From the NCBI GenBank assembly GCA_041665625.1, contig JBAYIK010000003.1, positions 2,967 to 66,966 on the forward strand: a stretch of DNA of 64,000 bases, read 5' to 3'. The DNA is from Minisyncoccota bacterium. GTDB lineage: Bacteria > Patescibacteriota > Minisyncoccia > Phycocordibacterales > XYD1-FULL-46-19. Of this stretch, positions 18,958-27,890 are shown in pieces; the stretch's first letter is position 1, and each line of letters begins with the position of its first letter. Below the pieces are notes generated by a model. It was not told the DNA's origin. It saw nothing but the letters and a program-made list of their open reading frames with translations, and did not search any database. The position numbers and the translations under genes were made by a program.

Positions 18958-20172
18958 ATGAAAACGCTAAAGGAAATTAAAAATCTCGAAGGCAAAACTG
19001 TTTTGCTTCGTGTTGCTTATGATGTCCCGATAAAACAAAAAGGCAAGAACTGGGTAGTGGCCGATGATCGAAGGATCAGAGAAACTTTACCGACTATCAA
19101 ATTTCTCCTTCAGAATAATTGCAAAATAGTTATACTCTCTTGGCTTGGTCGTCCGTCTGGTCAAGTCGTTGATAAGCTTAAAATGGACTCAGTGGCCCGA
19201 AGTTTGGCCGAAGTAACTCAAAAACCCGTTAGGAAAGTCGATGATTGTATTGGCCCCGAAGTCCAAGACGAGATAAGCTTGCTGAAGCCGGGACAGATTT
19301 TGCTCTTAGAGAATGTTCGCTTCCATCAGGGAGAAGAAAAGAATGATCCCAAATTTGCTAAGGAGTTAATAAGGGGGATTGACCTGATTGTCTTTGACGC
19401 CTTTGCCCAAGCTCACCGTATTCACGCTTCGACGACGGGGATAACAGGGCTTCTGCCAACATATGCTGGCCTGCTCTTGGAGAAGGAGCTTAATTTCTTG
19501 GGCGGCATAATGAAGAAGCCCAAGAAGCCGTTTATTGTGGTCCTTGGTGGGGCCAAAATTTCTGACAAGATTGCGGCGATCGAGAATCTTGCCAAGACGG
19601 CCGATAAAATTCTGATTGGCGGCGGTTGTGCTAATGTTTTTTTGAAAGCCAAAGGAATTCCTGTTGGAGCTTCTTTCTTAGAAGATGTCTTTGTTGATAA
19701 AGCGAAGAGAAAAAAAGTTGATTTTGTTTTGCTAGCTAAGAAAATGTTGGCCAAGTATCCCAAGAAGATTATTTTACCGGTTGATTTTGTTTCTGCTAAC
19801 AAAACTGAGGTGAATGCCAAGGTTGAGGTTGTTGACCTCGCGAAGGGGGAGATACGAAAAGATTGGAAGTTCCTAGATATTGGCCCCAAGACTGTCGAGT
19901 TCTATAATTCGGAAATCAAAAAAGCCAAAACAATACTCTGGAATGGCCCAATGGGGATGTTCGAACTACCCAAGTTCTCTAAGGGGACAAAAGATGTCGC
20001 TGAAGGGATTGCTAAATCTAAGGCCCTGACAATTATTGGTGGTGGCGATACAGAGATTGTGGCTGCTAAATATAAACTTGAGAAAAAATTTACGCACATC
20101 TCAACCGGGGGAGGGGCCATGCTCGACTACCTCGGTACTGGCAAATTAGCCGGGATTAAATCTTTAAAATAA
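18958..20172 (+). CDS. pgk: Phosphoglycerate kinase
   Basis: LLENVRF, DAFAQAHR, LGGAKISDK, WNGPMGMFE, GGGDT, HISTGGGA. Confidence 0.97.
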   Translation: MKTLKEIKNLEGKTVLLRVAYDVPIKQKGKNWVVADDRRIRETLPTIKFLLQNNCKIVILSWLGRPSGQVVDKLKMDSVARSLAEVTQKPVRKVDDCIGPEVQDEISLLKPGQILLLENVRFHQGEEKNDPKFAKELIRGIDLIVFDAFAQAHRIHASTTGITGLLPTYAGLLLEKELNFLGGIMKKPKKPFIVVLGGAKISDKIAAIENLAKTADKILIGGGCANVFLKAKGIPVGASFLEDVFVDKAKRKKVDFVLLAKKMLAKYPKKIILPVDFVSANKTEVNAKVEVVDLAKGEIRKDWKFLDIGPKTVEFYNSEIKKAKTILWNGPMGMFELPKFSKGTKDVAEGIAKSKALTIIGGGDTEIVAAKYKLEKKFTHISTGGGAMLDYLGTGKLAGIKSLK

Positions 20173-20344
20173 AAATCGAGACAAATGAAAAACCACCAGC
20201 TGCGTTACCTGTGCAGCGGGTGGTTCATTTCAGGCTCTTTTGAAGCCCTCCCTTCGAATTTCGGTTTTCTGCCCACATTGGGCTGTTATAATTAATCAAT
20301 CTCTAACTTAAGTATAGCACAAACAGGATTATTGTCAAGCCTTG

Positions 20345-20761
20345 TTAGATTACAGCCCTTTTGATGGCTTCTTGTGTATTCTCAAAATCGGCTTTGGTCT
20401 CGCCGCCTTTGCCATGCCAGTGGGTGAAGCCATCCCCTTCGAAACGAGGGATAAGGTGGATGTGGGCGTGGAAGACTAGTTGGCCAGAGGCCTTGTCGTT
20501 ATTGATATGAACATTAAGACCATCTGCTTTTGTCCCAACTTTGATGGCACGGGCTATCTTTTGGGTAATGGGGCCAATTTTAGGGAGTATCTCCTCGGGA
20601 GCATCAAAGATATTAACAAAATGAGTTTTAGGAATAATGAGAGTATGGCCCAGATTTACTGGGTTAATGTCTAAAGTGACAATAAAGTTGTCATCTTCAT
20701 AGACTTTATAAGCGGGGATCTCACCGTTAACGATTTTGCAAAAAATGCAGTCTGTTTCCAC
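20345..20761 (-). CDS. HIT family hydrolase
   Basis: DCIFCKI N-terminus and HAHIH histidine triad; the GTG start is created by the adjacent insertion. Confidence 0.92.
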   Translation of the reverse strand: METDCIFCKIVNGEIPAYKVYEDDNFIVTLDINPVNLGHTLIIPKTHFVNIFDAPEEILPKIGPITQKIARAIKVGTKADGLNVHINNDKASGQLVFHAHIHLIPRFEGDGFTHWHGKGGETKADFENTQEAIKRAVI

Positions 20762-20861
20762 CCCGTTAGAAATTTACTGCTCTTAAAATGTTTGACCTTT
20801 TATTTAAATCTCTCATCGTCATTATTATATCACATAATTTAACCTTAAATTTCTAACGGGG
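20761..20861. mobile_element. MITE-like insertion (101 bp) on the HIT start codon with TCCA target-site duplication
   Basis: Perfect 16-bp terminal inverted repeats CCCCGTTAGAAATTTA (20761-20776) / TAAATTTCTAACGGGG (20846-20861); TCCA at 20757-20760 and 20862-20865. Confidence 0.85.
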
Positions 20862-20916
20862 TCCATAGTTTTATATATTAGCTCTTATATAGTATATTGT
20901 ATAACAATAAAGACAA

Positions 20917-22668
20917 ATGATTAAGAAAAAATGGGCCCTCAGGAAGGCCATACCTAAGAAAGTCGAGAAAGAGCTAGCTAATTACCCTGAACTTGTTCGG
21001 AAGCTTCTTTTTTACCGGGGAATTGAAACGCTCAAGGAGGCAGAAATTTACCTTAACCCTGACTATGAGCGTGATTTGCCCGATCCATTCTTGATGCAAG
21101 ATATGAAGAAGGGTGTGGATCGGCTTCTCTTGGCTATTGATAAAGGCGAGCGCGTGGTCATCTTTGGTGATTATGATGCCGACGGTATTCCCGGTTCGGC
21201 TATCCTTTCCTCATTTTTTGATGAAATTAAATTTACCAATTATGAAGTTTATATTCCCGATCGTCACAATGAGGCTTATGGTCTGAATGAAAATAAAATT
21301 GGCGACTTTGTTAAACAAAATGTTAAATTAATTATCACTATCGACTGTGGCATCACTGACGTTGTCGAAGTGAAGCTGGCCCAGTCACAAGGGATAGATG
21401 TCGTAGTCACTGATCATCATTTGGTCCCCCCTATTGCTCCTCCAGCCTTTGCGGTAATTGATGCCAAGCGTAGTGATGACGAATATCCATACAAGCTCTT
21501 GGCTGGGGCTGGGGTGATGTTTAAATTTGTTTGTGCCGTGCTTGCGACTAAGCGTTTTGACATTGTCCCGGGTTGGGAGAAGTGGCTGCTAGATCTCGTT
21601 GCCATTGCTACCGTCTCAGATATGGTGGCCCTTACTGGGGAGAATAGGATGTTAGCCACTTATGGCTTAAAAGTCTTGCGTCAGACCAGACGCCTTGGTC
21701 TTCAAACCTTACTTTCTCAAATAAAACTTCGCCCAGTGAATATTATTGAGGATGATATTAGTTTTATGATTGGCCCACGTATCAACTCGGCTAGTCGTAT
21801 GTCCCATGCTTCTCAGGCCTATTATCTTCTGACAACCAAGGACCAGGCTGAGGCGCGTACTATTACAGATCATCTTGAGGAGAAGAATCAGGAACGCAAG
21901 GATGCAGTCGAGAGAATTGTTAGAGATATTGCGGAGAAGTTGGATAGTCTGGCTAGCCTGCCGGAGATCATTGTGATGGGCTCTCCTGATTGGGGTCTGG
22001 GAGTCCTTGGTATGACCTCCTCGAAGATTGTTGAGAAATACGGATGCTCGGTTTGGCTCTGGAGTAAGAATGAGGCGGGGACGATTAAGGGTTCGTGTCG
22101 TTCAGACGGCTCACTTAATGTTGTCGAGGTAATGGCTGGAGCGGGAGATAAATTCTTTAATGATTTTGGGGGTCACCCGATGGCCGGGGGATTTTCCTTG
22201 TCGGGTGATAAAGAAAAAGATTTGGCTAAGAAACTTCTTGCTTCGGCCAAGAAAGCTAAGAAGAAGGATGTCGTGACTGAACTCCTAGCGGATGAAGAGT
22301 TGTCCCTTGATCAATTGACCTGGGAAACCTATAAATTGATTGAACCTATGGCTCCCTTCGGGATGGATAATCCTAAGCCTGTCTTTTGGCTCCGGGCGGT
22401 AGAAATTGATGAGGCCAAATATTTTGGCAATGGTGGTTTGCATTTAGAATTAATGTTTAAAAAAGCTGATGGCAAGAAGATTCCCGCCATTGGTTTCTTT
22501 GCCTCGCCAACCCCGAATGATCCCAAGCATATTTTTGGCGATATTAAGTTAGAAAAGGGGGAGAAAATAGATCTCCTCGCGACCCTTGAGAAATCAATGT
22601 TTAAAAATTATCCCGAGCTTAGACTTCGGATTGTTGATATCCAGAAATCTAAAAAATCCGCTAGCTAG
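20917..22668 (+). CDS. recJ: ssDNA-specific exonuclease RecJ
   Basis: GDYDADG, TIDCG, TDHH, PRINSASR, GSCRS, GGHPMAGG, APFGMDNP. Confidence 0.95.
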   Translation: MIKKKWALRKAIPKKVEKELANYPELVRKLLFYRGIETLKEAEIYLNPDYERDLPDPFLMQDMKKGVDRLLLAIDKGERVVIFGDYDADGIPGSAILSSFFDEIKFTNYEVYIPDRHNEAYGLNENKIGDFVKQNVKLIITIDCGITDVVEVKLAQSQGIDVVVTDHHLVPPIAPPAFAVIDAKRSDDEYPYKLLAGAGVMFKFVCAVLATKRFDIVPGWEKWLLDLVAIATVSDMVALTGENRMLATYGLKVLRQTRRLGLQTLLSQIKLRPVNIIEDDISFMIGPRINSASRMSHASQAYYLLTTKDQAEARTITDHLEEKNQERKDAVERIVRDIAEKLDSLASLPEIIVMGSPDWGLGVLGMTSSKIVEKYGCSVWLWSKNEAGTIKGSCRSDGSLNVVEVMAGAGDKFFNDFGGHPMAGGFSLSGDKEKDLAKKLLASAKKAKKKDVVTELLADEELSLDQLTWETYKLIEPMAPFGMDNPKPVFWLRAVEIDEAKYFGNGGLHLELMFKKADGKKIPAIGFFASPTPNDPKHIFGDIKLEKGEKIDLLATLEKSMFKNYPELRLRIVDIQKSKKSAS

Positions 22669-22680
22669 CGGATTTTTTAG
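22649..22680. terminator. Bidirectional terminator between convergent recJ and the speD-like gene
   Basis: Perfect 32-bp palindrome CTAAAAAATCCGCTAGCTAGCGGATTTTTTAG containing both stop codons. Confidence 0.7.
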
Positions 22681-23060
22681 TGTCTAAAGTAATACATCGA
22701 CTTAGAACTTTTTCCCTCGAGAAAGGTGCGGCAGAATTTTTCGGCTTCTTTGTGGTCGAAGAACTTACAGCTGAAGATGTCGATAAAAGCACGATTATCA
22801 TGTTGGTCATCGAAGTGCATGGTGATGCTCGAGGTCTCGATAAATTGCATGGCGGAGTGTCCGGCGAGTTCGCCCTCAGCAAAACGTTCAATTAAGGTCG
22901 GTCCGTGGCGCTTCATATCGATGTGGTCACAGAGTTTAATCATGAATTTCTGGATCTCTTTCTTGGTGGTAATCTTCTTGGGGTTACATTTATAGACATC
23001 GATTGATGAAACCATTCCCCAACATTTTTTCTTATTATATTCTTGCTCGATTTTCTTCAT
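22677..23060 (-). CDS. speD: S-adenosylmethionine decarboxylase proenzyme family protein
   Basis: Likely start MKKIEQEY at 23060; GHSAMQFIETSSITMHF and FIDIFSCK motifs. Confidence 0.8.
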   Translation of the reverse strand: MKKIEQEYNKKKCWGMVSSIDVYKCNPKKITTKKEIQKFMIKLCDHIDMKRHGPTLIERFAEGELAGHSAMQFIETSSITMHFDDQHDNRAFIDIFSCKFFDHKEAEKFCRTFLEGKSSKSMYYFRH

Positions 23061-23147
23061 CCTTTTGGTGCTTTTTAGTATAGTCGAACTGGTCAGAATT
23101 ACAATAGAAAATGTTGATAACTTGGGTTCCCTTGCTATAATAAAAAT

Positions 23148-23672
23148 ATGGGAAAAGAAAAGAAATTGCTCATTATTATTGATGTTCAGAACTTTTTTAT
23201 TAATAAATACACTAAGGAAATCCCCCAAAGGATTGCCGACTTTCTGAAGAAGAACGGGTCTAAATACTATTTCATTGCCTTTACGAAGTATTTAAATGAC
23301 AAAAAGTCTCCTTTTTACAAAAAATTGAAGTTCAGAGAATGTCTTGGAGGTGAACAAGTAAAGATTGCTCAAGAGCTAAAAGAATTTGTTTCTAAGGATA
23401 ACCTTTTCACAAAAAGTACTTACTCGGCCTTTCAGAATAAATCTCTGACTTCTTTTATCAAGAAGCATAAAATTAATAAAATTGAGATTTGCGGCTTAAC
23501 CTCAGATGGCTGTGTTTTGGCTACGGCCTTTGAGGGTTTTGACTTAGGTTTTGACATCAAAGTTCTAAAAGATCTAACAGGAACTTGCTGGGGGCCAGAA
23601 GAATTTAATCAATCTTGTCTTAATTTGATTGGATACAAAATTGATCCTTCTCTTTTAAAATTAGATAAATAA
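23148..23672 (+). CDS. Isochorismatase-family cysteine hydrolase (nicotinamidase-like)
   Basis: LIIIDVQNFF, KSTYSAF, CGLTSDGCV, FDLGF. Confidence 0.85.
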   Translation: MGKEKKLLIIIDVQNFFINKYTKEIPQRIADFLKKNGSKYYFIAFTKYLNDKKSPFYKKLKFRECLGGEQVKIAQELKEFVSKDNLFTKSTYSAFQNKSLTSFIKKHKINKIEICGLTSDGCVLATAFEGFDLGFDIKVLKDLTGTCWGPEEFNQSCLNLIGYKIDPSLLKLDK

Positions 23673-23680
23673 AAAATATT

Positions 23681-24697
23681 ATGGAAACACCTGAGGGACT
23701 AAACTTGAGCAAAGGGGGGCAGCTAGAACCAGAACAGCAATTTCTTTTTAGTTTGGGTGGGTATATTGAAGACGAGGCAGAATTGAGAAATCCTGAACAG
23801 GAGATAGAAAAAATTTCTAACAATATCCGAGAGACGATGGAAAAATTTAACCGTGAAAGGGTAATCATTGCTATTAGTGCTGGCCTTGATTCCACCTTGC
23901 TTCTAGCTCTCGCTATTAAGGGAGTGGGGGAGGAGAGGGTCACTTGTTTGTATCTGCCTAATGAATTTACTGAAGGGGAAACCACAGAGCTTGTTGAAGA
24001 CGTAAGACTAATGGGGGCAGAGATAAAAACAATTGATCTCGATCCTATTCTAAAAATTATGCCGGGCTATGAAGCCTCGGCTGAGTATGCGAGGAACAAA
24101 TTAGCGGATAGCTATAAAAGAGAAAGTGGTGACAAAAGCAAGTCTAACTGGGTTAAATATCTTTCGGGTGATTGGAATAAATATGCCGAATCGATGAGAT
24201 ATTTGTTTGCGACGAGTAGTTTAAGGTCGGCCCTCCTTCAGACCGAAGGCCTGTGTCAGAATGCCTTGGTTTTGACGGCTCCCAACCGGACAGAAAAAGA
24301 AGTTGGCCTATATACTGATGGCGGTCCAGACTGTAATGGTGACATGCAACCGATTGTTCACCTCTCTAAGACTCAGGTTTTTCAATTAGCGAGAAATATT
24401 GAGGGTTTTCCTCGGCGGATTCTCGAGAGGGTGCCTACCGGGGATCTTAAGACTCCTCCCGACGAGGTTGCTCTGGGTGCTCCTTTTCCCCTTGTTGATC
24501 TTATTTTGGCCGCTCACATAAAGTTTGGCCTAGGTCGTCGAGAGATTGTTAGTCAACTGGGAGAACAATTCGAGAAATATGCGAGCCCGTTGGCCGATCT
24601 GGGTTATACCGATCCGGCCTTGGTTGTTGATAATATTATTGATGCCTATGACCTTTCTCGAGACAAGGGCCGGATACCTCTAAAAGTTAAGGATTAG
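23681..24697 (+). CDS. nadE: NH3-dependent NAD+ synthetase-like protein
   Basis: ISAGLDS PP-loop, NRTEKEVGLYT.GG, PIVHLSKTQVFQLA, PTGDL...DE; divergent. Confidence 0.75.
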   Translation: METPEGLNLSKGGQLEPEQQFLFSLGGYIEDEAELRNPEQEIEKISNNIRETMEKFNRERVIIAISAGLDSTLLLALAIKGVGEERVTCLYLPNEFTEGETTELVEDVRLMGAEIKTIDLDPILKIMPGYEASAEYARNKLADSYKRESGDKSKSNWVKYLSGDWNKYAESMRYLFATSSLRSALLQTEGLCQNALVLTAPNRTEKEVGLYTDGGPDCNGDMQPIVHLSKTQVFQLARNIEGFPRRILERVPTGDLKTPPDEVALGAPFPLVDLILAAHIKFGLGRREIVSQLGEQFEKYASPLADLGYTDPALVVDNIIDAYDLSRDKGRIPLKVKD

Positions 24698-24732
24698 GTT
24701 ATTAAGCGAAAAACATAATATAATAAAAATAT

Positions 24733-25179
24733 ATGGAGAAAATATTTATGTATACTGATGGGGGATCGCGTGGCAATCCTGGGCCGGCTGGAGCCGGGGT
24801 CTATATTTGCAATGAGAAGAAGGACGCTGTACGCACGGCTAAATTATTTTTGGGCAAGGTGACCAATAATGAGGCTGAGTATCAGGCGGTAATTTTGGGA
24901 TTAGAAACATTGAGAAAGGTTTTTGGTAAGGATAAAATTAAAGTTTTACCAGTTGAGATTCGCATGGATAGCGAGCTTATTTGTCGACAGTTAAAGGGTG
25001 AATATCAGGTGAAGGACGAGAAGTTGGCCCCTCTTTTTATGAAAATTTGGAATGCTCGCGTTGCTGACTTCCACAATCTTTCTTTTGTTCATATCCCTCG
25101 TGAACAGAATGCCGAAGCCGATAAGTTGGCTAATCAGGCGATGGATGAGGGGGCTAAATCTCAGTCAGGTTTATTCTAA
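24733..25179 (+). CDS. rnhA: Ribonuclease HI family
   Basis: YTDGGSRGNPGPAGAG, TNNEAEY, DSEL, HIPREQNAEADKLAN. Confidence 0.93.
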   Translation: MEKIFMYTDGGSRGNPGPAGAGVYICNEKKDAVRTAKLFLGKVTNNEAEYQAVILGLETLRKVFGKDKIKVLPVEIRMDSELICRQLKGEYQVKDEKLAPLFMKIWNARVADFHNLSFVHIPREQNAEADKLANQAMDEGAKSQSGLF

Positions 25180-25194
25180 AAAAGAAAAATAGGC

Positions 25195-26706
25195 ATGGCT
25201 AATTTGCGAAAAATTTTAGCCCTGCTCGTTTTTGGATTTATCGGAGGAATTACCTTTTCGAGCTTTATCAATTGGGCCTTACCTTGGGTGGGGCTTTTTT
25301 TGCTTCTTGCTCTGACTTTTTTGATTTTATTTTTTCTTTTTGCGAGGCAAAAGTTTTTCTTAGCTCTTGCCATAATTTTTGTCGGGGTTATTTTGGGCCT
25401 GATCAGATTTAATTTTGATCAAAAAATTGAGACAGCTTTGCCTGATTGTTCATCTTCCGCTAGGCCCTGCCTCGCGGTAATTGTTGCTGATCCAGATCGA
25501 CGAGATGCTTCAACCAGACTAGTGATCGAGCTTTTGAGAAATGCGACCTCAAGTGAGCCCGAGGTCGTTTTTCGCAAAAGCTCGAGAGTTCTCGCTATTG
25601 TTGATAATTTTACGAATTATTCATATGGCGACAAAGTTGAGCTTGTTGGCAAGATCGAGCGCCCACAAAATTTCCTAACAGACCAGAATACTGTCTTCGA
25701 TTATCAAAATTATTTATTAGTGCGCGGAATAGAACAGACGGTTTATCAACCTAAGTTAAAAATTATTTCACGGAGCAACGGCTCAGCTGTTAAAACGAGT
25801 CTCTATTCTCTGAAAAATAATTTCTTAGCAAATTTGCGACGCGCTTTGCCCGAGCCCTCGGCCTCCCTTGCGGGCGGGCTAATCTTGGGGGATAAGGGTG
25901 GCTTGGGTAAGAAGACAGAGGATGAATTCAGAAAAGCGGGGGTCTCGCATATCATTGTTCTGTCTGGTTATAACATTACGATTGTTGCCGAGAGCGTGCT
26001 CTATTTTTTTGCCTGGCTCACGCCGGCTTTCTCTTGGCTGCTCTCAATTGGTTCAATTTTTCTTTTTGTCCTGATGACCGGCGGCGAAGCGGCAGCTGTT
26101 CGTTCGGCGGTAATGGGCGCCATCGCGCTTATCGCTCGGCGTTATGGTCGCACTTATGATGCGGGCGTAGCTTTAATTGTTGCTGGATTTCTCATGGTTC
26201 TTTGGAATCCTAGACTCCTTGCCTTCGACCTTGGCTTCCAACTCTCCTTCCTGGCGACCCTTGGTTTGATTTATTTGTCACCGGTGGTGGAGTTTTTTAT
26301 AAATAAAATCACCGGGCTTGTGAGAAGTCGCATTTCGGGCTCACTTGAAAAACGACTTCTCACAAGCCCGGCTCCCGAGCCTGTGAGAAATGCGACTTCA
26401 AGTGAGCCCGAAGTCGTTTTTCGCACAGGCTTCTGGTCTGGTTTGAAAGAGTTAATTTGCACCACCACTGGCGCACAACTCGCCGTCTACCCTTGGCTCC
26501 TCTACAAGATGGGCAACGCTTCACTCATTGGCTTCATCGCCAATATTTTCATTCTCCCTCCTATCCCTATCGCCATGTTCTTAAGTTTCTTAACTGGTAT
26601 CACGGGTTTCCTCTCAAATTTTCTTTCTCTTCTTATTAGTTACCCAACTTATTTCTTCCTCGCTTATATCCTCAAGATGGCTCATATTTTTGCGAGTTTG
26701 TTATAA
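25195..26706 (+). CDS. comEC: ComEC/Rec2 competence channel (OB-like and competence domains) carrying in-frame palindromic insertions
   Basis: GLILGD, AGVSHIIVLSGYNI, A.VRSAVMG, NPRLL.FDLGFQLSFLAT. Confidence 0.92.
   Translation: MANLRKILALLVFGFIGGITFSSFINWALPWVGLFLLLALTFLILFFLFARQKFFLALAIIFVGVILGLIRFNFDQKIETALPDCSSSARPCLAVIVADPDRRDASTRLVIELLRNATSSEPEVVFRKSSRVLAIVDNFTNYSYGDKVELVGKIERPQNFLTDQNTVFDYQNYLLVRGIEQTVYQPKLKIISRSNGSAVKTSLYSLKNNFLANLRRALPEPSASLAGGLILGDKGGLGKKTEDEFRKAGVSHIIVLSGYNITIVAESVLYFFAWLTPAFSWLLSIGSIFLFVLMTGGEAAAVRSAVMGAIALIARRYGRTYDAGVALIVAGFLMVLWNPRLLAFDLGFQLSFLATLGLIYLSPVVEFFINKITGLVRSRISGSLEKRLLTSPAPEPVRNATSSEPEVVFRTGFWSGLKELICTTTGAQLAVYPWLLYKMGNASLIGFIANIFILPPIPIAMFLSFLTGITGFLSNFLSLLISYPTYFFLAYILKMAHIFASLL
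25526..25585. repeat. In-frame palindromic element (loop AAGTGAGCCC), copy A
   Basis: TCGAGCTTTTGAGAAATGCGACCTC-AAGTGAGCCC-GAGGTCGTTTTTCGCAAAAGCTCGA, 60 bp. Confidence 0.85.
26312..26431. repeat. Two tandem in-frame palindromic elements, copies B (26312-26371) and C (26378-26431)
   Basis: B has a perfect 19-bp stem around GGGCTCACTT; C is nearly identical to copy A and again encodes RNATSSEPEVVFR. Confidence 0.85.
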
Positions 26707-26714
26707 TCAGAATA

Positions 26715-27569
26715 ATGAAATACCGTTGGGGTTTAATTTTTTTACTTTTTATTTTTACCATCACCACTTGGCTGGCAGTTTGGTGGGAGACACCCTCCAA
26801 ATACTTAACAGTAGATTTTCTCGATGTTGGCCAGGGGGATGCCATCTTAATCACGGCACCTAATGGCAATCAAGTTTTAATAGACGGTGGTCCGGACCGG
26901 AGCGTTATAAGGGCGCTCGGACAAGCCATGCCCTTCTTCGACCGTTCTATCGACCTTGTCTTAGAATCGCACCCCGACCAAGACCATATTGGTGGTTTGC
27001 CTGAAGTCTTTGATCGATATAATGTGGCTGGTTTTATCGAACCCCTCTTCACGGCCGAGACCTCTGTTTATAAAACTCTCGAGCAAGATGTGACCCAAGA
27101 AAAATCTTCTCATCTTATCGCCAAGAATGGGACAAAAATTACTTTAAGCCCTGGTGTCTATCTCAATATTATCGAAGCCCACCCCGCGACTTGGGGCCCG
27201 CGGGGAGGGAAGCCGGATTCTAATTATAGTTCAATAATTGCTAAGCTAACCTATGCCTCAACCTCCTTCCTCTTCATGGGGGATGCGTCTCTTAAGTTAG
27301 AAAACCAATTACTCTCGCAAAATCCTTAAGCTCTTAAAGCTGATGTTCTCAAAGTTGCGCACCATGGCGCTAAGAGTTCTAATTCCCTCGCTTTCTTTAG
27401 GGCTGTCAAACCAGAGTTGGCCATAATCTCGGTGGCTGAGAAAAATCGTTATAACCACCCAAGCCCAGAGACTATCGGCTGGCTCAAGATGGCTGGTATT
27501 CAAACTCTCCAAACCAAGGACCTTGGAACCATCAAACTAAAATCCGACGGTATTAGCGTCGGATTTTAG
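26715..27569 (+). pseudogene. ComEC-associated metallo-beta-lactamase domain protein with one in-frame stop (TAA 27327-27329)
   Basis: FLDVGQGDA, LIDGG, SHPDQDHIGG, FLFMGDA; the same frame continues after the TAA with ALKADVLKVAHHGAKSS...IISVAEKNRYNHP...GTIKLKSDG to TAG at 27567-27569. Confidence 0.85.
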
Positions 27570-27585
27570 CGGTGTACTTTGAGAT

Positions 27586-27804
27586 TTATTTGGCCTTAGC
27601 TTTAGTAGAAGTAACAGTGAGATTTTTGCCCGCCTTTAAACATCGGGTGCAAATCTTGATGCGGGAACCGTCGGCTGTCTTGCCCCATTGCAAATTAGGC
27701 TGCTTGCGCTGCTTAGGAATTGGGTTATATTTGGTCGCACGCACGCGGTTGGAGTAACCACCAACCATGAGGGAACCTTTGTCGCAGATCAAACAAGTTT
27801 TCAT
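27586..27804 (-). CDS. rpmB: 50S ribosomal protein L28
   Basis: CxxC, PNLQ, KICTRCLK. Confidence 0.92.
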   Translation of the reverse strand: MKTCLICDKGSLMVGGYSNRVRATKYNPIPKQRKQPNLQWGKTADGSRIKICTRCLKAGKNLTVTSTKAKAK

Positions 27805-27890
27805 ATAAGTGGTTACATGCTATCATTATATGGTTAATTTGGCAAGCTGGCTTTATATATACAAAATACTAAATAAAATATACTAATCTT

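Noticed and set aside
23061-23228. Long N-terminal extensions in the ORF track (speD-like, and likewise tpiA, rpsS, rpsH, rplF, GIY-YIG, pilW-like)
   Set aside because: Artefacts of longest-ORF calling; the conserved N-termini begin at downstream ATGs
25462-25482. Small hairpin CCGCTAGG...CCTCGCGG in comEC as a further insertion
   Set aside because: Too short and imperfect to distinguish from chance without an ortholog alignment
27327-27329. Stop-codon reassignment or alternative genetic code
   Set aside because: The codon is TAA, which terminates most ribosomal genes here, and no in-frame TGA occurs in conserved genes
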